Assembly: GCF_009914755.1 (NCBI RefSeq) | Contig: NC_060933.1 | Source of the DNA: the human T2T-CHM13v2.0 reference genome, Homo sapiens | Length of the DNA stretch: 64,000 nt | Reading direction: 5' to 3' (one strand) | In this document: positions 13,660 through 27,400 of the stretch, in pieces | Numbering within the stretch: the stretch's first letter is position 1 | Layout of the letters: every line of letters begins with the position of its first letter | The notes under the pieces: model-generated | What the model saw: only the letters and a program-made list of their open reading frames with translations | What the model was told of the DNA's origin: nothing | Databases searched by the model: none | Translations under genes and position numbers: made by a program

Positions 13660-15540
13660 AAAGAATGGAATCAACACGAGTGAAATGGCATGGATTGGAA
13701 TGGAATGGAATGGAATGAACCCGAGTACAGGGGAATGGAATGGAATGGAATGCAATGGAATGGAATCATCCGTAATGGAATGGAAAGGAATGGAATGGAA
13801 TGGAATCAACTCGATTGCAATCGAAAGGAATGGAATGGAATTAACCCGAATAGAATGGAATGGAATGGAATGGAACGGAACGGAATGGAATGGAATGGAA
13901 TGGAATGGAATGGAACGGAAAGGAATGGAATGGAATGGAATGCAATGGAATGGAATGGAATGGAATGGAATGGAATGGAATCAACGTGAGTGCAGGGGAA
14001 TGGAATGGAATGGAATGCAATGGAATGGAATTTTCCGGAATGGAATGGAATAGAATGGAATGGAATGGAATGGAATGGAATAAACCCGAGTGCAATGGAA
14101 TGGAGTGGAATGGAATGGAATGGAATGGAACAGCCCGAATCCAATGGAATGTAATGTAGAGTAAGGGAGTTGAATAGAATCAATCCGAATGAAATGGAAT
14201 GGAATGGAACGGAATGGAATTGAATGGAATGGAATGGAATGCAATGGAATGGAATCAACCCGAGTGCAATGGAATGGAGAGGAATGGAATGGAATGGAAT
14301 GGAAACTACCGGAATGGAATAGAATGTAATGGAGTGTAAGGGAATTGAATAGAATCAATCCGAATGTAATGGAATGGAATGGAACGGAATGGAATGGAAT
14401 GGAATGGAATGGAATGGAATGGAATCAACCCGAGTGCTATCGAATGGAATCGAATGGAATGCAATGCAATGGAATGGATTCAACTTGAATGGAATGGAAA
14501 GAATGGAATCAACACGAGTGGAATGACATGGATTGGAATGGAATGGAATGGAATCAACCCGAGTACAGGGGAATGGAATGGAATGGAATGCAATGGAATG
14601 GAATCATCCGTAATGGAATGGAAAGGAATGGAATGGAATGTAATGGAATGGAATGGAATGGAATCTACTCGATTGCAATCGAATGGAATGGAATGGAATT
14701 AACCCGAATAGAATGGAATGGAATGGAATGGAACGGAACGGAATGGAATGGAATGGAATGGAATGGAACGCAAAGGTAGGGAATGGAATGGAATACAATG
14801 GAATGGAATGGAATCAACACGAGTGCAGGGGAATGGAATGGAATGGAATACAATGGAATGGAATCATCCATAATGGAATAGAAAGGAATGGAATGGAATG
14901 GAATGGAATGGAATGGAATGGAATGGAATGGTATGGAATAGAATGGAATGGTACGGAATAGAATGGAATGGAACGAATTGTAATGGAATGGAATGGAATG
15001 GAAAGGAATGGAATGGAATGGAAAGGAATCAACTCGATTGCAATCGAATGGAATGGAATGGAATTAACCCAAATAGAATGGAATGGAATGGAATGGAACG
15101 GAACGGAATGGAATGGAATGGAATGGAATGGAATGGAATGGAACGGAACGGAACGGAAATGAATGGAATGGAATGGAATGGAATGGAATGGAATGGAATC
15201 AACGCGAGTGCAGGGGAATGGAATGGAATGGAATGCAATGGAATGGAATCTTCCGGAATGGTATGGAATGGAATGGAATGGAATCAACCCGAGTTCAATG
15301 AAATGGAGAGGAATGGAATGGAATGGAATGGAAACTACCCGAATGGAATGGAATATAATGGAGTGTAAGGGAATTGAATAGAATCAATCCGAATGTAATG
15401 GGATGGAATGGAACGGAATGGAATGGAATGGAATGGAATGGAATGGAATGGAATGCAATGGAATGGAATCAACCCGAGTGCAATCGAATGGAATCGAATG
15501 GAATGGAATGCAATGGAATGGATTCAACTTGAATGGAATG
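13660..15540 (+). repeat. ~1.9-kb duplicated block Y, copy 1 (copy 2 at ~18270-20140)
   Basis: Shared GAGTGAAATGGC, CAACGTGAG, TTTTCCGG, ACAGCCCG, GTGCTATCG, CTACTCG and CAAAGGTAGGG; near-identical ORFs are offset by 4609/4599. Confidence 0.9.
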
Positions 15541-16765
15541 GAAAGAATGGAATGGAATGGAATGGAATGGAATGGAATGGAATGGAATCAACTCGATTGC
15601 AGTCGAATGGAATGGAATGGAATTAACCCGAATAGAATGGAATGGAATGGAATGGAATGGAACGGAACGGAACGGAACCGAATAGAATGGAATGGAATGG
15701 AATGGAACGGAAAGGAATGGAATGGAATGGAATGGAAAGGAATGGAATGGAATCAATGCGAGTGCAGGGGAAAGGAATGGAATGGAATGCAATGGAATGG
15801 AATCTTCCGGAATGGAATGGAATGGAATGGAATGGAATGGAATGGAATGGAATGGAATGGAATAAACCCGAGTGCAATGGAATGGAGTGGAATGGAATGG
15901 AATGGAATGGAACAACCCGAATGGAATGGAATGTAATGGAGGGTAAGGGAGTTGAATAGAATCAATCCGAATGTAATGGAATGGAATGGAACGGAATGGA
16001 ATTGAATGGAATGGAATGGAATGCAATGGAATGGAATCAACCCAAGTGCAATGGAATGGAGAGGAATGGAATGGAATGGAGTGGAAAGTACCCGAATGGA
16101 ATGGAATGCAATGGAATGGAATCAACCCGAGTGCAATGGAATGGAGAGGAATGGAATGGAATGGAGTGGAAACTACCCGAATGGAATGGAATGCAATGGA
16201 ATGGAATCAACCCAAGTGCAATGGAATGGAGAGGAATGGAATGGAATGGAGTGGAAAGTACCCGAATGGAATGGAATGCAATGGAATGGAATCAACCCGA
16301 GTGCAATGGAATGGAGAGGAATGGAATGGAATGGAGTGGAAACTACCCGAATGGAATGGAATGCAATGGAATGGAATCAACCCGAGTGCAATGGAATGGA
16401 GAGAAATGGAATGGAATGGAGTGGAAACTACCCGAATGGAATGGAATGTAATGGAGTGTAAGGGAATTGAATAGAATCAATCCGAATGTAATGGAAAGGA
16501 ATGGAACGGAATGGAGTGGAATGGAATGGAATGGAATGCAATGGAATGGAACCAACCCGAGTGCAATCGAATGGAATCGATTGGAATGGAATGCAATGGA
16601 ATGGAATCAACTCGATTGCAATCGAATGGAATGGAATGGAATTAACCCGAATAGAATGGAATGGAATGGAATGGAAAGGAACGGAATGGAATGGAATGGA
16701 ATGGAATGGAATGGAATGGAATGGAACGGAACGGAATGGAATGGAATGGAATGGAATGGAATCAA
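15500..16765 (+). repeat. Duplicated block X, copy 2
   Basis: Near-identical to ~12330-13595, including the 85-bp array. Confidence 0.88.
16023..16447 (+). repeat. Five tandem 85-bp units (A-B-A-B-B'), second copy
   Basis: ATCAACCC at 16036, 16121, 16206, 16291 and 16376, with the same A/B variants. Confidence 0.92.
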
Positions 16766-18269
16766 CGCGAGTGCAGGGGAATGGAATGGAATGGAATGCA
16801 ATGGAATGGAATCTTCCGGAATGGAATGGAATGGAATGGAATGGAAAGAAATGCAATGGATTCAACTCGATTGAAATGGAATGGAATAGAATGGAATGGA
16901 ATGGAATGGAATGAACACGAATAGAATGGAATGGAATGCAATGGAACGGAATGGAACGGAATGGAATGGAATGGAATGGAATGGAATGGTATGGAATGGA
17001 ATGGAATGGTACGGAATAGAATGGAATGTAACGAATTGTAATGGAATGGAATTGAATGGAATGGAATGCAATCAACGCGAGTGCAGGGGAATGTAATGGA
17101 ACGGAATGCAATGGAATGGAATCATCCGGAATGGAATGGAATGGAATGGAATGGAATGGAATGGAATGAAATCAACCCGAGTGCAATGGAATGGAGTGGA
17201 ATGGAATGGAATGGAATGGAACAACACGAATGGAATGGAATGTAATGGAATGTAAGGGAGTTGAATAGAATCAATCCGAATGTAATGGAATGGAATGCAA
17301 CGGAATGGAATGGAATGGAATGCAATGGAATGCAATCAACCAGAGTACAATGGAATGGAATGGAATGGAATGGAATGGAATGGAATGGAATGCCTTCAAA
17401 CCGAATGGAATGGAAAGGAATGGAATCAACACGAGTGGAATGGAATGGAATGGAATGGAATGGAATGGAATGGAATGGAATGATACGGAATAGAATGGAA
17501 TGGAACGAAAAGGAATGGAATGGAATGGAATGGAATGGAATGGAATGGAATGGAATGGAATCGTTCCGAGTGGAATAGGAGGGAATGTATTCGAGTGGAA
17601 TGGAAAGGAATGGAATCAACCAGAGTGGAATGGAAGGGAATGGAATGGAATGGAAACTAATAGAATGGAATCAACCCGATTGGAATGGAATGGAAAGGAC
17701 TGGAATGGAATGGAATGGAATGGAATCAACTCGATTGTAATGGAATGGAATGGAATGGAATGGAATGGAATGGAATGGAATTAACCCGAATACAATGGAA
17801 TGGATTGGAAAGTAACGGAATGGAGTGGAATGGAATGGAATCAACCCGAGTGCAGGGGAGTGGAATGGAATGGAATGCAATGGAATGGAATCATCCGGAA
17901 TGGAATGGAATGGAATGGAATGCAAAGCAATGGAATCAACTCGATTGCAATGGAATGGAATGGAATGGAAAGGAATACATTGGAATCAACCCGAGTGGAA
18001 TGGAATGGAAAGGACTGGAATGGAGTGGAATGGAATGGAATGGAATGGCATGGAATGTAATGAACTCGATTGGAATGGAATGGAATGGAATGGAAAGGAA
18101 TGGAATGGAATTAACCCGAATAGAATGGAATGGAATGGCATGGAACGGAACGGAACGGAATGGAATGGAATGGAATGGAATGGAATGGAATGGAATGGAA
18201 TCAACCCGACTGCAGGGAAATGGAATGGAATGGAATGCAATGGAATGGATTCAACATGAATTGAATGGA

Positions 18270-20140
18270 AAGAATGGAATCAACACGAGTGAAATGGCAT
18301 GGATTGGAATGGAATGGAATGGAATGAACCCGAGTACAGGGGAATGGAATGGAATGGAATGCAATGGAATGGAATCATCCGTAATGGAATGGAAAGGAAT
18401 GGAATGGAATGGAATCAACTCGATTGCAATCGAAAGGAATGGAATGGAATTAACCCGAATAGAATGGAATGGAATGGAATGGAACGGAACGGAATGGAAT
18501 GGAATGGAATGGAATGGAATGGAACGGAAAGGAATGGAATGGAATGGAATGCAATGGAATGGAATGGAATGGAATGGAATGGAATGGAATCAACGTGAGT
18601 GCAGGGGAATGGAATGGAATGGAATGCAATGGAATGGAATTTTCCGGAATGGAATGGAATAGAATGGAATGGAATGGAATGGAATGGAATAAACCCGAGT
18701 GCAATGGAATGGAGTGGAATGGAATGGAATGGAATGGAACAGCCCGAATCGAATGGAATGTAATGTAGAGTAAGGGAGTTGAATAGAATCAATCCGAATG
18801 AAATGGAATGGAATGGAACGGAATGGAATTGAATGGAATGGAATGGAATGCAATGGAATGGAATCAACCCGAGTGCAATGGAATGGAGAGGAATGGAATG
18901 GAATGGAATGGAAACTACCGGAATGGAATAGAATGTAATGGAGTGTAAGGGAATTGAATAGAATCAATCCGAATGTAATGGAATGGAATGGAACGGAATG
19001 GAATGGAATGGAATGGAATGGAATGGAATGGAATCAACCCGAGTGCTATCGAATGGAATCGAATGGAATGCAATGCAATGGAATGGATTCAACTTGAATG
19101 GAATGGAAAGAATGGAATCAACACGAGTGGAATGACATGGATTGGAATGGAATGGAATGGAATCAACCCGAGTACAGGGGAATGGAATGGAATGGAATGC
19201 AATGGAATGGAATCATCCGTAATGGAATGGAAAGGAATGGAATGGAATGTAATGGAATGGAATGGAATGGAATCTACTCGATTGCAATCGAATGGAATGG
19301 AATGGAATTAACCCGAATAGAATGGAATGGAATGGAATGGAACGGAACGGAATGGAATGGAATGGAATGGAATGGAACGCAAAGGTAGGGAATGGAATGG
19401 AATACAATGGAATGGAATGGAATCAACACGAGTGCGGGGGAATGGAATGGAATGGAATACAATGGAATGGAATCATCCATAATGGAATAGAAAGGAATGG
19501 AATGGAATGGAATGGAATGGAATGGAATGGAATGGAATGGTATGGAATAGAATGGAATGGTACGGAATAGAATGGAATGGAACGAATTGTAATGGAATGG
19601 AATGGAATGGAAAGGAATGGAATGGAATGGAATGGAATCAACTCGATTGCAATCGAATGGAATGGAATGGAATTAACCCAAATAGAATGGAATGGAATGG
19701 AATGGAACGGAACGGAATGGAATGGAATGGAATGGAATGGAACGGAACGGAACGGAACTGAATGGAATGGAATGGAATGGAATGGAATGGAATGGAATCA
19801 ACGCGAGTGCAGGGGAATGGAATGGAATGGAATGCAATGGAATGGAATCTTCCGGAATGGTATGGAATGGAATGGAATGGAATCAACCCGAGTTCAATGA
19901 AATGGAGAGGAATGGAATGGAATGGAATGGAAACTACCCGAATGGAATGGAATATAATGGAGTGTAAGGGAATTGAATAGAATCAATCCGAATGTAATGG
20001 GATGGAATGGAACGGAATGGAATGGAATGGAATGGAATGGAATGGAATGGAATGCAATGGAATGGAATCAACCCGAGTGCAATCGAATGGAATCGAATGG
20101 AATGGAATGCAATGGAATGGATTCAACTTGAATGGAATGG
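18270..20140 (+). repeat. Duplicated block Y, copy 2
   Basis: Near-identical to ~13660-15540. Confidence 0.9.
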
Positions 20141-21764
20141 AAGGAATGGAATCAACACGAGTGGAATGACATGGATTGGAATGGAATGGAATGGAATCAA
20201 CCCGAGTACAGGGGAATGGAATGGAATGGAATGCAATGGAATGAAATCATCCATAATGGAATGGAAAGGAATGGAATGGAATGTAATGGAATGGAATGGA
20301 ATGGAATCAACTCGATTGCAATCAAATGGAATGGAATGGAATTAACCCGAATAGAATGGAATGGAATGGAATGGAACGGAACGGAATGGAATGGAATGGA
20401 ATGGAATGGAACGCAAAGGAAGGGAATGGAATGGAATACAATGGAATGGAATGGAATCAACACGAGTGCAGGGGAATGGAATGGAATCGAATGCAATGGA
20501 ATGGAATCATCCGTAATGGAATAGAAAGGAATGGAATGGAATGGAATGGAATGGAATGGAATGGAATGGAATCAACTCTATTGCAATCGAATGGAATGGA
20601 ATGGAATTAACCCGAATAGAATGGAATGGAATGGAATGGAACGGAACGGAATGGAATGGAATGGAATGGAACGTAACGGAATGGAATGGATGGAATGGAA
20701 TGGAATCAACGCGAGTGCAGGGGAATGGAATGGAATGGAATGCAATGGAATGGAAACTTCCGGAATGGAATGGAATGGAATGGAATGGAATGAAATGCAA
20801 TGGATTCAACTCGATTGCAATGGAATGGAATAGAATGGAATGAAAGGGAATGGAATGCAATTAATCCGAATAGAATGGAATGGAATGGAATGGAACGGAA
20901 TGGAACAGAATGGAATGGAATGGAATGGAATGGAATGGAATGGTATGGAATAGAATGGAATGGTACGGAATAGAATGGAATGGAACGAATTGTAATGGAA
21001 TGGAATGGAATGGAATGGAATGGAATGGAATGGAATGGAATCAACGCGAGTGCAGGGGAATGTAATGGAACGGAATGCAATGGAATGGAATCATCCGGAA
21101 TGGAATGGAATGGAATGGAATGGAATGGAATGGAATCAACCCGAGTGCAATGGAATGGAGTGGAATGGAATGGAATGGAATGGAACAACCCGAATGGAAT
21201 GGAATGTAATGGAGAGTAAGGGAGTTGAATAGAATCAATCCGAATGTAATGGAATGGAATGCAACGGAATGGAATGGAATGGAATGGAATGGAATGCAAT
21301 GGAATGGAATCAACCCGAGTACAATGGAATGGAATGGAATGGAATGGAATGGAATGGAATGGAATAGAATGATACGGAATAGAATGGAATGGAACGAAAT
21401 GGAATTGAATGGAAAGGAATGGAATGGAATGGAATGGAATCGTTCCGAGTGGAATAGGAGGGAATGTATTCGAGTGGAATGGAAAGGAATGGAATCAACC
21501 AGAGTGGAATGGAAGGGAATGGAATGGAATGGAAACTAATAGAATGGAATCAACCCGAGTGGAATGGAATGGAAAGGACTGGAATGGAATGGAATGCAAT
21601 GGAATCAACTCGTTTGAAATGGAATGGAATGGAATGGAATGGAATGCAATGGAATGGAATTAACCCGAATACAACGGAAGGGAATGGAATGGAATGGAAA
21701 CTAATAGAATGGAATCAACCCGAGTGGAATGGAATGGAAAGGACTGGAATGGAATGGAATGGAA

Positions 21765-22995
21765 TGGAATCAACTCGATTGTAATGGAATGGAATGGAAT
21801 GGAATGGAATGGAATGGAATTAACCCGAATACAATGGAATGGAATGGAATGGAATGGAATGGAGTGGAATGGAATGGAATCAACCCGAGTGCAGGGGAAT
21901 GGAATGGAATACAATGCAATGGAATGGAATCATCCGGAATGGAATCGAATGGAATGGAATGCAAAGCAATGGAATCAACTCGATTGCAATGGAATGGAAC
22001 GGAATGGAAAGGAATACATTGGAATCAACCCGAGTGGAAGGGAATGGAAAGGACTGGAATGGAGTGAAATGGAATGGAATGCAATGGAATGGAATGGAAT
22101 GGAATCAACTTGATCGGAATGGAATGGAATGGAATGGAATGGAATGGAATGGAATGGAATCAACCCGACTGCAGGGGAATGGAATGGAATGGAATGCAAT
22201 GGAATGGATTCAACTTGAATGGAAGGGAAAGAATGGAATCAACACGAGTGGAATGGCATGGATTGGAATGGAATGGAATGGAATCAACCCGAGTACAGGG
22301 GAATGGAATGGAATGGAATGCAATGGAATGGAATCATCCGTAATGGAATGGAAAGGAATGGAATGGAATGGAAAGGAATGGAATGGAATGGAATGGAATG
22401 GAATGGAATCAACTCGATTGCAATCGAATGGAATGGAATGGAATTAACCCGAATAGAATGGAATGGAATGGAATGGAACGGAACGGAATGGAATGGAATG
22501 GAATGGAATGGAACGGAACGGAACGGAATGGAATGGAATGGAATGGAATGGAATCAACGCGAGTGCAGGGGAATGGAATGGAATGCAATGCAATGGAATG
22601 GAATCTTCCGGAATGGAATGGAATTGAATGGAATGGAATGGAATGGTATGGAATAAACCCGAGTGCAATGGAATGGAGTGGAATGGAATGGAATGGAATG
22701 GAACAACCCGAATGGAATGGAATGTAATGGAGAGTAAGGGAGTTGAATAGAATCTATCCGAATGTAATGGAATGGAATGGAACGGAATTGAATGGAATGG
22801 AATGGAATGGAATGCAAAGGAATGGAATCAACCCGAGTTCAATGAAATGGAGAAGAATGGAATGGAATGGAATGGAAACTACCCGAATGGAATGGAATGT
22901 AATGGAGTGTAAGGGAATTGAATAGAATCAATCCGAATGTAATGGAATGGAATGGAACGGAATGGAATGGAATGGAATGGAATGGAATGGAATGG
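21765..22995 (+). repeat. ~1.2-kb duplicated block P, copy 1 (copy 2 at ~29030-30270)
   Basis: Shared CAACTTGATCGG, GAAGGGAAAG, GGTATGGAATAAACC and GAATCTATCCG; ORF offset 7274. Confidence 0.87.
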
Positions 22996-24489
22996 AATGG
23001 AATGCAATGGAATGGAATCAACCCGAGTGCAATCGAATGGAATCGAATGGAATGGAATGCAATGGAATGGATTCAACTTGAATGGAATGGAAAGAATGGA
23101 ATCAACACGAGTGGAATGACATGGATTGGAATGGAATGGAATGGAATCAACCCGAGTACAGGGGAATGGAATGGAATGGAATGCAATGGAATGGAATCAT
23201 CCGTAATGGAATGGAATGGAATGGAATGGAATGGAATGGAATGGAATGGAATCAACTCGATTGCATTCGAATGGAATGGAATGGAATTAACCCGAATAGA
23301 ATGGAATGGAATGGAATGGAACGGAACGGAATGGAATGGAATGGAATGGAATGGAACGGAAAGGAAGGGAATGGAATGGAATAGAATGGAATGGAATGGA
23401 ATCAACGCGAGTGCAGGGGAATGGAATGGAATGGAATGCAATGGAATGGAATCTTCCGGAATGGAATGGAATGGAACGGAATGGAATGGAATGGAATGGA
23501 ATCAACCCGAGTGCAATGGAATGGAGTGGAATGGAATGGAATGGAATGGAACAACCCGAATGGAATGGAATGTAATGGAGAGTAAGGGAGTTGAATAGAA
23601 TCAATCCGAATGTAATGGAATGGAATGGAACGGAATGGAATGGAATGGAATGGAATGGAATGGAATGGAATGCAATGGAATGGAATCAACTCGAGTGCAA
23701 TCGAATGGAATCGAATGGAATGGAATGCAATGGAATGGATTCAACTTGAATGGAATGGAAAGAATGGAATCAACACGAGTGGAATGGCATGGATTGGAAT
23801 GGAATGGAATAGAATCAACCCGAGTACAGGGGAATGGAATGGAATGGAATGCAATGGAATGGAATCATCCGTAATGGAATGGAAAAGAATGGAATGGAAT
23901 GGAATGGAATGGAATCAACTCGATCGCAATCGAATGGAATGGAATGGAATTAACCCGAATAGAATGGAATGGAATGGAATTGAACGGAACGGATCGGAAC
24001 GGAACGGAATGGAATTGAATGGAATGGAACGGAAAGGAATGGAATGGAATGGAATGGAATGGAATGGAATGGAATGGAATCAACGCGAGTGCAGGGGAAT
24101 GTAATGTAATGTAATGTAATGGAATGGAATCTTCCGGAATGGAATGGAATGGAATGGAATCAACCCGAGTGCAATGGAATGGAGTGGAATGGAATGGAAT
24201 GGAATGGAACAACCCGAATGGAATCGAATGTAATGGAGAGTAAGGGAGTTGAATAGAATCAATCCGAATGTAATGGAATGGAATGGAACGGAATGGAATT
24301 GAATGGAATGGAATGGAATGCAATGGAATGGAATCAACCCGAGTGCAATGGAATGGAGAGGAATGGAATGGAATGGAGTGGAATGGAATGGAATGGAATG
24401 GAACAACCCGAATGGAATGGAATGTAATGGAGAGTAAGGGAGTTGAATAGAATCAATTCGAATGTAATGGAATTGAATGCAACGGAATG

Positions 24490-27400
24490 GAATGGAATGG
24501 AATGGAATGGAATGGAATGGAATGGAATGGAATGCAAAGGAATGGAATCAACCCGAGTGGAATGGCATGGAATGGAATGCAATGGATTGGAATGGAATGG
24601 AATCAACTCGAGTGGAAAGGAATGGAATGGAATGGAAAGGAATGGAATGAATTCAACTCGAGTGGAATGGAATGGAATGGATTGGAATGGATTGCAATGG
24701 AATGAAATGGAATGGAATGGAATGGAATCAATCATTCCGAGTGGAATGGAAGGGAATGTAATGGAGTGGAAAGAAGGGAATGGAATCAACCCGATTGGAA
24801 TGCAAGGCAATGGAATGGAATGGAAAGGAATGGAATGGAATCAATCATGGAAGGGAATGTAATGGAGTGGAAAGAAGGGAATGGAATCAACCCGAGTGGA
24901 ATGCAAGTCAATGGAATGGAATGAAAGGAATGGAATGGAATCAACTCGATTGCAATGGAATGGAATGGAATGGAATGGAATGGAATGGAATTAACCGGAA
25001 TAGAATGGAATGGAATGGAATGGAACGGAATGGAATGGAATGGAAGGGAATGGAATCAACACGAGTGCAGGAGAATGGAATGGAATGGAATGCAATGGAA
25101 TGGAATCATCCGGAATGGAATGGAATGGAATGGAATCAACTCCATTGCAATGGAATGGAATGGAATGGAATGGAATAGAATGGAATGGAATTAACCCGAA
25201 TAGAATGGAATGCAATAGAATGGAATGCAACGGAACCGAATGGAGTGGAATGGAATGGAATGGAATCTACCCGAGTACAGGGGAATGGAATGGAATGGAA
25301 TGCAATGGAAAGGAATCATCCGGAATGGAATGGAATGGAATGGAATGGAATGGAATGGAATGGAATGGAATGGAATCAACCCGACTGCAGGGGAATGGAA
25401 TGGAATGGAATGCAATGGAATGGATTCAACTTGAATGGAATGGAAAGAATGGAATCAACAAGAGTGGAATGGCATGGATTGGAATGGAATGGAATGGAAT
25501 GGAATCAACCCGAGTACAGGGGAATGGAATGGAATGGAATGCAATGGAATGGAATCATCCGTAATGGAATGGAAAGGAATGGAATGGAATGGAATGGAAT
25601 GGAATCAACTCGATTGCAATCGAATGGAATGGAATGGAATTAACCCGAATAGAATGGAATGGAATGGAACGGAACGGAATGGAATGGAATGGAATGGAAT
25701 GGAACGGAACGGAATGGAATGGAATGCAATGGAATGGAATCAACTTGAATGGAATGGAAAGAATGGAAACAACACGAGTGGAATGGCATGGATTGGAATG
25801 GAATGGAATGGAATCAACCCGAGTACAGGGGAATGGAATGGAATGGAATGCAATGGAATGGAATCATCCGTAATGGAATGGAAAGGAATGGAATGGAATG
25901 GAATGGAATGGAATGGAATGGAATGGAATCAACTCGATTGCAATCGAATGGAATGGAATGGAATTAACCCGAATAGAAAGGAATGCAATGGAATGGAACG
26001 GAACGGAATGGAATGGAATGGAATGGAACGGAATGGAACGGAATGGAATGGAATGGAGTGGAATGGAATGGTATGGAATGGAATGGAATGGTACGGAATA
26101 GAATGGAATGCAACGAATTGTAATGGAATGGAATTGAATGGAATGGAATGGAATGGAATGGAAACAACGCGAGTGCAGGGGAATGTAATGGAACGGAATG
26201 CAATGGAATGGAATCATCCGGAATGGAATGGAATGGAATGGAATGGAATGGAATGGAATCAACCCGAGTGCAATGGAATGGAGTGGAATGGAATGGAATG
26301 GAATGGAACAACCCGAATGGAATGGAATGTAATGGAGAGTAAGGGAGTTGAATAGAATCATTCCGAATGTAATGGAATGGAATGGAACGGAATGGAATGG
26401 AATGGAATGGAATGGAATGCAATGGAATGGAATGATACGGAATAGAATGGAATGGAACGAAATGGAATGGAATGGAATGGAATGGAATGGAATGGAATCG
26501 TTCCGAGTGGAATAGGAGGGAATGTATTCGAGTGGAATGGAAAGGAATGGAATCAACCAGAGTGGAATGGAAGGGAATGGAATGGAATGGAAACTAATAG
26601 AATGGAATCAACCCGAGTGGAATGGAATGGAAAGGACTGGAATGGAATGGAATGGAATGGAATCAACTCGATTGGCATGGAATGGAATGGAATGGAAAGG
26701 AATGGAATGGAATTAACCCGAATACAATGGAATGGAATGGAATGGAACGGAATGGAGTGAAATGGAATGGAATCAACACGAGTGCAGGGGAATGGAATGG
26801 AATGGAATGCAATGGAATGGAATCATCCGGAATGGAATGGAATGGAATGGAATGCAAAGCAATGGAATCAACTCGATTGCAATGGAATGGAATGGAACGG
26901 AAAGGAATACATTGGAATCAACCCGAGTGGAATGGAATGGAAAGGACTGGAATGGAGTGGAATAGAATGGAATGGAATGGAATGGAATCAACTCGATTGG
27001 AATGGAATGGAATGGAATGGAATGGAATGGAATTAACCCGAGAAGAAAGGAATGGAATGCAATGGAACGGAACGGAACGGAATGGAATGGAATGGAATGG
27101 AATGGAATGGAATGGAATGGAATCAACCCGACTGCAGGGGAATGGAATGGAATGGAATGCAATGGAATGGATTCAACTTGAATGGAATGGAAAGAATGGA
27201 ATCAACACGAGTGGAATGGCATGGATTGGAATGGAATGGAATGGAATCAACCCGAGTACAGGGGAATGGAATGGAATGCAATGCAATGGAATGGAATCAT
27301 CCGTAATGGAATGGAAAGGAATGGAATGGAATGGAATGGAATGGAATGGAATGGAATGGAATCAACTCGATTGCAATCGAATGGAATGGAATGGAATTAA

